Of a DNA stretch of 64,000 nucleotides, positions 52,328 through 64,000 are shown in pieces. The notes under the pieces are model-generated. The model had not been told where the DNA came from. It saw nothing but the letters and a program-made list of their open reading frames with translations, and did no database searches. The DNA comes from Octopus sinensis (Eukaryota), in contig NC_043000.1 in NCBI RefSeq assembly GCF_006345805.1, forward strand, positions 154,256,001 through 154,320,000, given 5' to 3'. The first letter of the stretch is position 1; every line of letters begins with the position of its first letter. A program made the translations under genes and the position numbers.

Positions 52328-52637
52328 AGGAGTGGCTGTGTGGTAAGTAGCTTGCTTCCCAACCACATGGTTCTGGGTTCAGTCCCACTGCGTGGAACCT
52401 TAGGCAAGTGGCTTCCACTATAGCCTCGGGCCGACCAAAGCCTTGTGAGTGGATTAGGTAGATGTTTGTGTCTGTCCCCCGCAACATCGCTTGACAACTG
52501 ATGCTGGTGTTTACGTCCCCGTAACTTAGCAGTTCGGCAAAAGAGACTGATAGAATAAGTACAAAGAATAAATCCATAAGGACTAAAGGTGGTGCTCTAG
52601 CATGGCCGCAGTCAAGTGACTGAAACAAATAAAAGAC
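52328..52637 (+). mobile_element. S1 SINE (older, internally deleted), followed by an M1 MITE fragment to about 52710
   Basis: Family match lacking the microsatellite segment. Confidence 0.8.
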
Positions 52638-53210
52638 TAACCCTGTTAAGATACTCCATGTTTCTTTCAATTAATTTTAAATATAACAAAAAATTTAGCA
52701 AAATAACTTATATCTAACTGGAAATTCTTTAGAGAACTTAATATACTGCAAGCCAGAAAATCAGATGAAAATGATTCAAAAGTAAGAAGAAAAAAAGTAT
52801 ATATCAAAAGATAGGCAAAGTTAAAGGTTATATGCTTGATAGTAGCCAGGATTACTATGCAACCCAATAGAAATTGGAATGTAGTCTTGCTTGATTGTCA
52901 AAAATAATATAAACAACTCAATATATGAAATCAGTGAAGCCAAAAGTTACACAAAAGGCTACAGATACATTTGAAACAGAATGATAGCAATCCAACACTT
53001 CTTGTGCACTAAAGTATGTATTGTATTGGCAATATTTACAAAAAAATTGAATCAGTGATATGGCAGAAATGATACAGCCTTAGAATACATTTTTTCTGTT
53101 TAAGCTCCAAGTTCAAATTCTGTCTGGATGAATTGATAAAATAAAGCAAGCGATCTACTAGCGAATTAACCCCTTTCACTCTTTGAAATAAATCTATGTG
53201 CCAATGTAAT

Positions 53211-53245
<35 letters not shown>

Positions 53246-54062
53246 ACTGCTTAGTTGACTTTTTACAGTCAATTCACATATGCTGTTCTATTGGGGAAAA
53301 GATATGAACTTAAAATATCCATTAGACAGATCCCCTATAAAGCATGGAACCTTTGTATGAAAGTCAATAAACCAACAAGGGTTAATCATAAATAATCTAT
53401 GAATCAAAAGAAGCTACGAGTAGAAACTCTTACAGACACCACCACACCTTCTGGGTAGAGAAGAGTTTGTCTCTCCACTCCCTGTCGGTAGCCATCCTTT
53501 TTGGCTCTTCATTATCCATCTAGAGAATGCTAGTTGTATGAAGGTTATCCGTTATGAGAATGCTAGTTGTATGAAGGAAGAGGGGATTTAGTTGAGTAAG
53601 TATTTCTAAGAAAATCAAGAGATTAGAATGTGGAGGAAAAAAAAGGAAGCAATTACACTCAGATGTGGAGGCGGCTAGCAGTAAAACAGCTAAGATACTA
53701 AACACACCCACAGGTCATTCACACAAAAACCTTCAACTCCAAGAACACGTTTAGAAAACAGTCACAGGTTTCTGGAGATGTGTACTGAAGGAAATTTATT
53801 TTGAGTATACCTCAGTTGCATTTTGGGTAGGGTGCTATCCACCCCCGGTTTTTATTTATTTTATACATGATTACAGCATACTTAGTATTTCTGCCAAATT
53901 CATAGAGAGGCACCAGTATAAGCCAAAGAGGAATCATTCCTGAGAGATAGCACTTTCAGCAGCCATACAAACACTAGCTGTACAACAGCAATAGGGAAAA
54001 TATTTAAATATAATTAGAATTGGGTTACTGCAGCTATTTGTTATGCTTAAACTGTGGTGCTG

Positions 54063-54094
<32 letters not shown>

Positions 54095-54564
54095 CTACAG
54101 TATTTGTCGAAAAAAAGCCGGTAAAACTTCTTATAAATAGAGTGTAGGCTAAACTACTAGCAAGTTTGGTAAGTCGTACCCACACACACACATTTCCAGA
54201 GCACATGACTCCACTCCTACCTAAGTTTACTTGGATGAAAATCAGCTGACCAAAATATCAATAAAAATAGCTATTAGACACAAATTGAAAAGTAAGGTAG
54301 ATTTAGAATTACAAAAGAGAAAAAAAATTAAGACAAGGTATATTTTTCAAAAGGTTACCTTTTTATTGCTATCATTTTAACATTCACTTTTTCATACATG
54401 CATAGGTCAGACAGAATTTCTAATCCAATCCTGTCGCCAAACCTCACTTGTTTCCAAGCAAGATAATATTCCCCAATGGTCAGGCATGTTTTTCACAGAT
54501 GACTGGAAACTAACATTGCTTGTACAACAATGCTTGTTCACAACCATGTCAAGACAAAGGCACA

Positions 54565-54742
54565 CATATACAACACACACACAATTACCTTCTTTCAGTT
54601 TCCATCTACCAAATCCACTCAAGGATTTGGTTGGCCCAAGGCCATAGAAGACACTTGCCTAAGGTGCCATGCAGCGGACTGAACCCAAAACAGCGTGGTT
54701 TAGAAGCAAGTTTCTCAATCATACAACTATACTTACACCTAA
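54565..54742 (-). mobile_element. Older S1-like SINE fragment
   Basis: Diverged 5'-half match. Confidence 0.65.
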
Positions 54743-55367
54743 CTTGACCTATTATAATTCCATTCACATTCACAAAAGTATTTAATCAAACACCTGGTAC
54801 TTAGCTGTAACTTTACCATTTATCCTTCTAGGGTCAGTAAGATAAAGTCACTTTCAGTAAGCTTTATGTCTACATAGTTTATGTAAATATACAGGCATTT
54901 TGTTCAATGCTCTGACAATTCTACAATTTTTGTTTTGCCATGCAAGCAACCTTCTCATTATCTAGGCCACTTACTTTATTTTCATTTAATTACTATAGAG
55001 TCTGAAAAAGAGGCAGAATTCTCTCAAATATATGCAATTGATACAGTTGTGATCATACAGTGTAACATGTCTGTTATTGTTTCACTGAATTCTTGTAAAA
55101 CAAACCACAGTTGATCAGCCAATTCATGTGTATTTTATTAATACAAATATTAACATTGAAGTACAAAATAACTCCAACAATAAAGAATCTATTCTAGCAT
55201 TGCTGTTTATACTGAAAACCTAATTTCTTGCTCATAATGGAACCAGTCCACAATCACTTAACTTAATGGAAATACAGTATCTCTCTCAAATCAGACCCCA
55301 CTGTCTTATAAAAAAGGATGAGATACTCTCTCCCATTCCACTACGAGAGAAGATGGTAATGGCTTAT

Positions 55368-55606
55368 ATACGTATATACATATAAGTATGTGTATGTGTT
55401 TGTGTGTATGTTTGTTCCCCTAACATTGCTTGACAACCGATGCTGGTGTGTTTACGTCCCCGTCACTTAGCGGTTCGGCAAAAGAGACCGATAGAATAAG
55501 TACTGGGTTCACAAAGAATAAGTCCTGGGGTCGATTTGCTCGACTAAAGGCGGTGCTCCAGCATGGCCACAGTCAAATGACTGAAACAAGTAAAAGAGTA
55601 AAGAGT
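55368..55606 (+). mobile_element. 5'-truncated S1 SINE (starts at the microsatellite)
   Basis: 3' half only. Confidence 0.85.
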
Positions 55607-55694
55607 ATACCATTAATCATAAGTTTTCTCAATCAAGCTTGACCTGGGGTTAAACATTTGTGATTTTGTAAGAGTAGGGAATATAATCAGTTAT

Positions 55695-55810
55695 AAACAC
55701 TGCCAGATTTGACTGGGCCTGATGAAGCCTTCTGGCTTCACAGACCCCAGTAGAACCGTCCAACCCATGCTAGCATGGAAAACGGACGCTAAACTATGAT
55801 GATGATGATA
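55695..55810 (+). mobile_element. S3 3' fragment
   Basis: Core plus (GAT)n tail. Confidence 0.8.
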
Positions 55811-58800
55811 TTGATCCCAGGTAATTATTAGTCCATTTTACCTTTCGTGGGGAGATTAAAAAAAAAAAAAAAAAAAAAGGTAAATCATAAGATTTAAAGT
55901 GAGTTTTACAAACAGAAAAACTAGATTCTAAGATGTAGCAGCTATTCTGAATTTCTACCATCTGTTCAACCATCTTGGCATTCATATCAGAGATTGTTTC
56001 TCCCACATGCCAAGTAATATACTGAAACACACACACACACACACACACATACATACACTGTACAGAGTTTACTCAGATGCTACCATAGATGTCCAGAAAT
56101 GTTGACATTTTTCTGCATTTTTCTTTTTCTACATTACACTAGTGCTATAGCTCGATTCAATTCAATTATTTAGTCTTTGCTTGCTTTGAAGCTAGACAAG
56201 CCTCTCAAATGCAATAGCTAGTTGATTAATTGGATGAAATTACTCTACTTTCTAATTTCAATTATTGTAGTAGTTGTAGCTAAATTAGTAGTAGTAGTCA
56301 CAGTAGTAAATTCATATTGCGTAGCCTGACACAGAACCAATTGAGTTACAGATTATTCTAGCTTGTTTACAAATTCAGTTCATTTGTTAAAATGACACTA
56401 TGATATTCTATAGTTTAAGGTCACCTAACAACCTTGTGAATAGAATATTAGTATCACAAGATAATAGATGAAAGATTTTAGCAACAAAAAACAATGGCAT
56501 TTTTATCCCCAGCAGAAATAAACATTGGGTGAAAGGAGTTGCAAATTTCTCTTCTATTATGACTACACTTCTGTTGATAAGAATTTTGTAAATGGTACGA
56601 ATGTTACACAACCTCAATTCTCTTTGCCTTCAAATCTGGGTCCATCCGCTTTATGCAAGAAATCAATACTGAAGAAAAATGGAAAGAATTTCTTTTTCTT
56701 TTTTTTTCTTTCTTTAGACAGCATAGTGCCAACAGGTGCTTATTTTGCACAATCTTTCAAAATACATTATTAGTTTGCCTTTTGATGTACTCTAAAACGA
56801 ACTATCAGTTCAGTGTAGTGAGGTGGTGAGTTCCTAATCACATGATCACAACCATTGGAGTGTGCTCTCATTCTGCATAACTAGGCTGACAGACAAGTGC
56901 AATCCTTCACACAAATTTACAATGAGCATCCAGCTAGAAAAACAATTACCAAAAGAATGAAAATAATTTCAATTATGCTAGCATATGAAGAATATGGATC
57001 TAAACAACAACCAAAATGAACGAATTGTATATAAAGCTAAATGTTAGAATTTATTAAGAAAAATGTTGGTAGACAAAATAAAACCTAATCCTATTCTATT
57101 TGGCAACTTAAATTCTTAATGTGTTTGCTGTGCCCATAAATAAAGTGATAAAAAGACTATCAAAGTTTCTATATGAAATTAAATAGACCAGAAAATGAGG
57201 AAAAATAAACAGCAGTCTATGATGGTGAGCTATAAGAAGCAATATTAAGGCATGTGTGTATCCAATATTTAAAGCACTTTAATAAAGAAGCATGTATATC
57301 TATGTATACAAACATGCAAAATTCACACCTGAACTATGTGAAATATACAAAATTTAATTATATGTCATGTACAGTCAATTTTCTTTCTCCCCATTTTCAC
57401 TGGAAACTGTTAGCAATTTATTTTGTTGGTTTGTTTCCAAAAGCTTTGGACTATAATAGTAAAGACTGTATAGAAAGGTTTGTATTTTGCCGCAACATGA
57501 GAACTTGATAACAAAACATACATAAAATTATAATTTGACTTGATGTGTAGAATACATAAAATCTAATACAGGTGCACATTCTTCAGGTTGGTTATAACTT
57601 TTCTCCAGAGGTTTCCACCCCATATTCACCACTGGATCATTTAATTTCATCTAAATGAAAGACAAACTTCTTTTGCACCTACATTTATCAAGTCACTACT
57701 ACATAAACCACTAACTACTATCAAAAGCCCTCACCTCTAAATCTCTTCTTAATGATCTAGAAATTAAATTTTCCCAACCATATAGGTATTCATCATATAT
57801 CATCTTTCAACATAACCTTCCCACCAAACCCTACTCATCCTAACAATTTTTAATCATGGTCCACAATCTATTTCACTTCTCCCAAAATTAATTTCTCCAG
57901 AATTTCCTTCCCAACACACTTCCTCATTCCACCATGTAAAAATCACTAAGTCAGGCTGCAAGCCAATCTTTCTACTGGAAAAAAAAAAGATCACCATCTT
58001 CTAGAGTTACAAAAACAATTCATTAGACCATTGACCTGAGGGTTATGGTACCCATGTTGAAAGCATTCAAACACCCATATAAAGGTAACATTTGCACCAT
58101 AAGGATGCTATCCTTGAAAGGAAAGCAGGGATTAACTTGAACATGCTTACTCCACTGAAAACAAATGAAGGAAACTTCTATACAGGGGTTACTCAACCTA
58201 CAAGAAATAGCCAACCTTCAGATATTACCCTATTGTCTGAAAAATGTTTAAAAGCATTGGACAAACCCATCATCATCTTAACCTTCACTTTTCTATGCAA
58301 GCATGGGGCAGATAGAATCCATTGAAGCAGATTTTCTTTGGCTAGATGCCCTTCCTATCACCAACCTTCACTTGTTTCCAAGGTACTATTTCCTCAAGGC
58401 CCAAACATGTTTTTCACAGAAAACTGAATAAACATCGCTTAATGATGGTGATGCTCATCATATTCAACCATTACCTAATGCCATGGCAATGGTAGGAGAG
58501 TAAGACACGCACATGCATGCAAACACAAATCCAGGCTTCTTTAAATTTCTATCTTCCAAATTCATCCACAAGGTTGGGTTGTCTAAATCTATGAGTGGAT
58601 TCATCATATAGAAATTGAAAGGCCACTAGGTGCATGCAAGTGTGCACAGGAGTGCATGTAGGGGAGTTTATGTGTCTTATCATGATATATCATGACAACT
58701 ATAAATGAGTCTCTCTCATACAAGCAGTGTCATTCTGTGTGAAAATATTAGCTGCTTTGGAAACAGGTTAGAGTCAGCAATAGGAAGAGCATCCAGCTGT

Positions 58801-58870
58801 AGAAATCTGCCTAAATGAATTCCATTTGACCCATGCAGACAGAAAAGTGGATGTTAAAACGATGATTGAG

Positions 58871-58943
<73 letters not shown>

Positions 58944-60744
58944 GGGTTGGTAATTTTTTTATCCAAAATGCTTGGGACAAAGAGTGATTCAAATAGAGTT
59001 TTTTTTTCAGCACAAGTGTTATATTAACATCTATAATATGAGGCAAAGTTTTACATCAGTCAATTTGGAAAGAGTTCATTTTTTTTTTTTTTTGCATAAT
59101 TTAACACTTAAAGTTTGGACATATTTCACTTTTCATCAAAACTAATCCATACATTAATACACTTTCACTTCAGACTGTCAAACTAATTAAAACAGCATCG
59201 TATTCTACTTTCGTGATTTCACATACCCTTTAAAAAAAAAGGGTGCTTTTTGAAATTCAGAATCACAAAAATTTCATTTCATTTATGTAGTATTTGCAAT
59301 TCATTTAGAAGATATAACAATTATCAAGTTGCACTACAAGAGCAAGCAAACAGAAATTTGGCTAGAACGGAGAATCAAACAATAAGACAGGTCAAAAAAC
59401 AAAGCGGCAAGTGATAATGCCATTACGATAGAGACTACAGCTTATACTGGAAATAGATTAAATTGATATTGAAAGAGCAGCACCAAGCCAACCTAGGAAA
59501 TATGACTTCATTGTTATTTTAGTGTTTACTAACAGATGCTTCAAAAATTGGTTAAGTCATCAATTTTAAATCTATATCACTTAGGAATATGGTATACTAT
59601 TAAACTTAGATTTATTTTGAAAAACTATTTCCAAACGCTGTCACAACGCCCAGTCAAAATGACTGCAATACAATATGTAAACTGATTAGTACTCTACTAT
59701 TAATCATCCATGGTTATTTTAGTTGAATAAAGAAATCCACATCATTTTTTTTTTTTACTGGAACATGCCATCTGCACATTAACATGTGTGTAAAACTACA
59801 TCAGTTGTTCTGGGCTTTTTTCCTTTCTTTTGCTTGCAGTTAGTTACCAGGCATAACTTTGATGAAATATGCAAACAAATGCAAAGTCATTTCACAGTAA
59901 TTCCCTGTACAAATTCCGCTGATAGTATTGATAAATATGTTCAGCTGAACAAATAGAAAGGCAACAAAAGTATACAGAATGATGCAGCATTTTTCAACGA
60001 ATGTATTTTCTTTACTGCTAAAATTATATTCCAAAACAGCATTCAGCTGTATGTATCCGGACATTTATCATAATGGATATTGTTGAAACTGGTAATGCAC
60101 TTTTGTTTTTCTGCTTTTTTTACATCTACAAATCTTGTGTACATATTGTGTATTCAAGCATATAAATGTGTGCTTTTGTTTGTTTGTTTGTTTTTTTACT
60201 TTGAACACAGTTAAATCATCAGAACTATGCTGCATTCTGAAAGTGATTTTGCTGATAAGAACTCCATTACGTCCTGCAAATTAACCCATTTTCAAAGAAG
60301 CAGCTTTCCTTGCAAAAGGAACTTATCTCTAGAGAAAAATACTGTAATTAATAGCTTAGTTTTAGCCATATTCATCAGGAATATTACTTCCATATTTGCA
60401 AGTAACAATTTTTGCTGTAATCTCTGAAATTGAATCAAACATGGAAATTTTGATTTGTACACAAGTGTTCTCTTTTGAGAGTTATGTGAATTCCACTGAA
60501 ATCGTTAACTCATTAACTTTCAGTGACTTCAAACAGAAGTATTACAGTTGATCAGTATATTTATGAGTAAGAGAGAGATTGTATAGTCGTCTAGTAAAAT
60601 TGGATACCCAGAAATATGGTGCAATTATCTAGCAGAACTTAAGGACTTTAAGAGAATGCAGCCATTCAGTCAAGTAGAATGGTGGGAAAGTTGTTTTGTT
60701 TTTATTTTTACCTGGCTTGGGTTGAAACTACTCATTACTTTAAA

Positions 60745-61382
60745 ACCTTTAGCATCCAGATTCTGTCGAATGTAATACTTATTCACATTGTTTTGAATTC
60801 TGCATTATCTCATAGCTTCAAGATTTCAAGGAGGTGATGGTTTTAGTTTTAGAATGACATTGTAGGGTAGATTGAAAAGGGTGGATCTGGACAGTTTGAG
60901 CATAAAACAGGGATAGTATTTTGGCCAGATATACTCTTTACTCTCTTTTACTTGTTTCAGTCATTTGACTGCGGCCATGCTGGAGCACCACCTTTAGTCA
61001 AGCAAATCGACCCCGGGACTTATTCTTTGTAAGCCCAGTACTTATTCTATCGGTCTCTTTTGCCGAACCGCTAAGTGGCGGGGACGTAAACACACCAGCA
61101 TCGGTTGTCAAGCAATGCTAGGGGGACAAACACAGACACACAAACACATACACACACACACACATATATACATATATATATATATATATGCCTATATACA
61201 ACAGGCTTCTTTCAGTTTCCGTCTACCAAATCCACTCACAAGGCATTGGTCAGCCTGGGGCTATAGCAGAAGACACTTGCCCAAGATGCCACGCAGTGGG
61301 ACTGAATCCGGAACCATGTGGTTGGTTAGCAAGCTACTTACCACACAGCCACTCCTGTGCCTGGTTTAAATGCTAAAGAGTT
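60745..61382. mobile_element. M2 MITE interrupted by an S1 SINE (SINE 60933-61362, minus strand)
   Basis: MITE sequence stops at ggccagatat and resumes ggtttaaatgctaaag after a full-length S1. Confidence 0.88.
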
Positions 61383-62014
61383 GAGGGGATAAGGCAACTG
61401 AGTGGACTCTGTCAAAAGCATAGAAAGGCTGTGGTGGTGTTAAATTTTGAGACAGATTAAATCTACTGCAATAAGGAACAAGAGTAAAGTGAGATGTAGA
61501 TGAAGATTAGGCAAAAATAAATCTTGAACCTGAAGATCATTTACAAAAAAAAAAATCAGAAAATATCCAAAAAGGAACTGAACCCATTTTACACTCACGG
61601 AAATGTCATTGGAACTCAAATCCTAACACTTAGCTCAAAGTTGACAAGATTTAACAGGATAGACAAAAAATGTCAGGGTAGGGTTACATACAGTATGACT
61701 ACTTAATTTCAAATTTAAAGGAAGTAAATTGATCAGGCTTACAAATTTGGTAGAGCACTATTAATTTAAGCTTAGTGAAGTCTATTTTCTATATTCTTTC
61801 GTACCAGTAAGTCCATCTCTCTCTCTCTCTCTATCACACACACACACACACACACAAACAAACACCTCTACATTCCATTAAATGAGACATTAAGTGAACT
61901 GGAGTGCATAATTTCAAAATGATGGCTTAAGCTTAAATACATCATATTTTAAAAGCAATAAATAAAATTTGTAACCGTGTCTAACTTTCAAAGAATGGCT
62001 ATATATTGCTTTAA

Positions 62015-62234
62015 CCCTTTAGTGTTCAGATTATTCTGTCAATTGTGATGTTTGTTTATTTAAAATGGTTTGAATTAATCATGCATTATCTTGTAGTTTA
62101 GAGATTTCAGTGATGTGACTTTTTAGTTTTAGAATGACATGGTAGGGCTGAGGTGAGAGACGAGATCTGGTCAGTTTCAATATAAAACAGGTTAAATATT
62201 TTGGCCAGATATGGCCGGTTTGAATGCTAAAGGG
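62015..62234. mobile_element. M2 piggyBac-type MITE (intact)
   Basis: TTAA|CCCTTTAG ... CTAAAGGG|TTAA. Confidence 0.9.
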
Positions 62235-62868
62235 TTAATACGACCAAGTGAAAAAAGTATTTTATCAGCAGTAAGTAATGTTAAAACTGAAGTTCACTGA
62301 ACTACTTCAAGAGTTGGCATTCTATTTTTCTGGGTTTTTTTTTTTTGTTTTAGGTGGGTTCCTGAGCTTGGTGTAGAATCATCACACACTGTCAAATACT
62401 CAGAAAAAGATCTATTTACCATAAGATCAGAAAAGTATTTCAGGAATTTCAACTGCAAAAACCAGAGCAAATTGTTTGTAGTTCAAAATGGTGTGACGCT
62501 CCTAAACACATCCATTACATTGGACAGATGCAGTGTTGCCAGGTTAAAAAAAAAAAAAAAAAAAAAAAAAACTATTGTAACAAGGGACACAATTTTTATA
62601 GAATTTTACTTCTGTCTAATGAGTCCTTATTACCCACAAGAATTTCATTTTTACTCCACTTGGGTACTTTACCCTAGTTCATCAACCCCTGATCTAAGTA
62701 AACTACAGGCAAGACAGGCAGTGAACAAAATAACTTTAAGGATCTTATAGGTTTGGATTCTTGAATTTTCCACCTATAAAATGCACGAAACCGAAAATGT
62801 GAATTAGGACATCTATATATAAACTCCCATCACAGCTGTTTCTAGATTCTAATAAAGATACACCTAAT

Positions 62869-63256
62869 AGGCGCAGGAGTGGCTGTGTGGTAAGTAGCTT
62901 GCTAACCAACCACATGGTTCTGGGTTCAGTCCCACTGCATGGCATCTTGGGCAAGTGTCTTCTGCTATAGCCCCGGGCCGACCAATGCCTTGTGAGTGGA
63001 TTTGGTAGACGGAAACTGAAAGAAGCCTGATGTATATATATATGTGTGTGAGTGTGTGTTTGTCTCCCTAGCATTGCTTGACAACCGATGCTGGTGTGTT
63101 TACGTCCCCATTACTTAGCGGTTCGGCAAAAGAGACAGATAGAATAAGTACTGGGCTTATAAAGAATAAGTCTCCGGGTCGATTTGCTCGACTAAAGGCG
63201 GTGCCTCAGCATGGCTGCAGTCAAATGACTGAAACAAGTAAAAGAGAGTAAAGAGT
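62869..63256 (+). mobile_element. S1 SINE
   Basis: Full-length family match. Confidence 0.9.
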
Positions 63257-64000
63257 AATGTCCAATATATACACAGGAATTCTAAAGATAAAACAATAGA
63301 AAATGTTTTATTTTAAAAAGCATCATAACTAATAAAGCATAAACACATTCACCAGTTGTTTGTCTGTATATCTCTTTATTAAAAGCAGATGTCTATGTTT
63401 CAGAATATTTCTCATCACATCAGCCTGTAGCTTTTTTCAATTGGTGCATTTTCAAATGCTTGACTTCACTGATTTTATAGTTACATCTCTATAGTAAGAA
63501 TGTGAACTGAAGTTTTACTATTTATTTACTTTGCTTTCTTTTGTTGTCGCTAACATAGAAAAAAAAAATTAGTGTGTGTGTGTGTGTGTGTGTGTGCACA
63601 TTGGTTGACCTTAGTCATTTAGACTTATTTTATCCTACATCATATGACTCCAAGGGTGAGTTGCTACACCATTCCTTTATAGCAAGTGTGTGAGTGGAGT
63701 TTACTTCCTGTATAGCTCCTGTGATTTGCCATAATGATGGGTATTTTGGATGTCTAGAAAGATCTCATTCACACAATATAAAGAATGAGTGATATAATAT
63801 CATCCCATCCCCACCCAACCCACTACTACAATATTGAGTAAGAATATGTCTAAAAACAACTAAGGTCAACCACACATCACACACCCCTTATGTAGGGCAA
63901 CAACAAAAGGAAGCAAAGTTTGAAAATACACACAGGCTGAAAAGGCCACAGGTTGATGTGATAAAAAACATTGAGAAATATAGACAAGCAACAACCATTT

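Noticed and set aside
55900-56025. Minus-strand ORF YITWHVGETISDMNAKMVEQM, loosely like kindlin F0 HIGGVMLKLVE
   Set aside because: Similarity is weak, flanking F0 motifs are absent and there is no good donor site.
58942-59010. Resemblance to a Tigger/pogo-type TIR (atccaaaatgcttgggac)
   Set aside because: Short and degraded, with no matching opposite end found.
59838-59960. Plus-strand acceptor followed by a 38-codon open frame (possible nested exon)
   Set aside because: It ends in a stop, has no recognizable homology and no partner exons.
1797-63074. Many recurring 60-130 aa ORFs (MSSNARG..., ...RRHLPK..., ...[24 protein letters not shown]...)
   Set aside because: They are translations of S1, S2 and S3 repeat copies in different frames, with frameshifts between copies. 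They are not a protein family.

Overview
AT-rich, repeat-dense eukaryotic genomic DNA, most likely from an octopod cephalopod (inferred from the SINE and MITE repertoire, not confirmed). The only protein-coding gene I can support is a kindlin/fermitin (FERMT/unc-112) gene on the minus strand. Five internal exons are present: 18742-18543, 17014-16788, 13445-13343, 5775-5668 and 1582-1398. All have GT-AG boundaries and matching phases. They join into 823 nt of open frame covering the F1 domain, the F1 loop and the first half of F2 up to the PH domain. I found no N-terminal (F0) or PH/F3 exons, so 18743-64000 appears to be one intron of more than 45 kb. The rest is interspersed repeat: about 23 copies of a ~400-bp tRNA-headed SINE with an internal microsatellite (S1), a ~230-bp tRNA SINE (S2), a (GAT)n-tailed RTE-like retroposon end with an internal VNTR (S3), two TTAA piggyBac-type MITE families, two hAT MITEs with perfect 8-bp TSDs, CR1/L2-type LINE 3' ends, and micro- and minisatellites. 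I see no convincing novel protein-coding system. The best leads are structural: a SINE flanked by a ~161-bp direct duplication, a SINE-bounded 774-bp tandem duplication, and inverted SINE pairs next to kindlin splice sites (candidate ADAR editing, exon-skipping or exonization substrates). Repeat coordinates are approximate to a few bases. S1-S4, M1 and M2 are my working labels.
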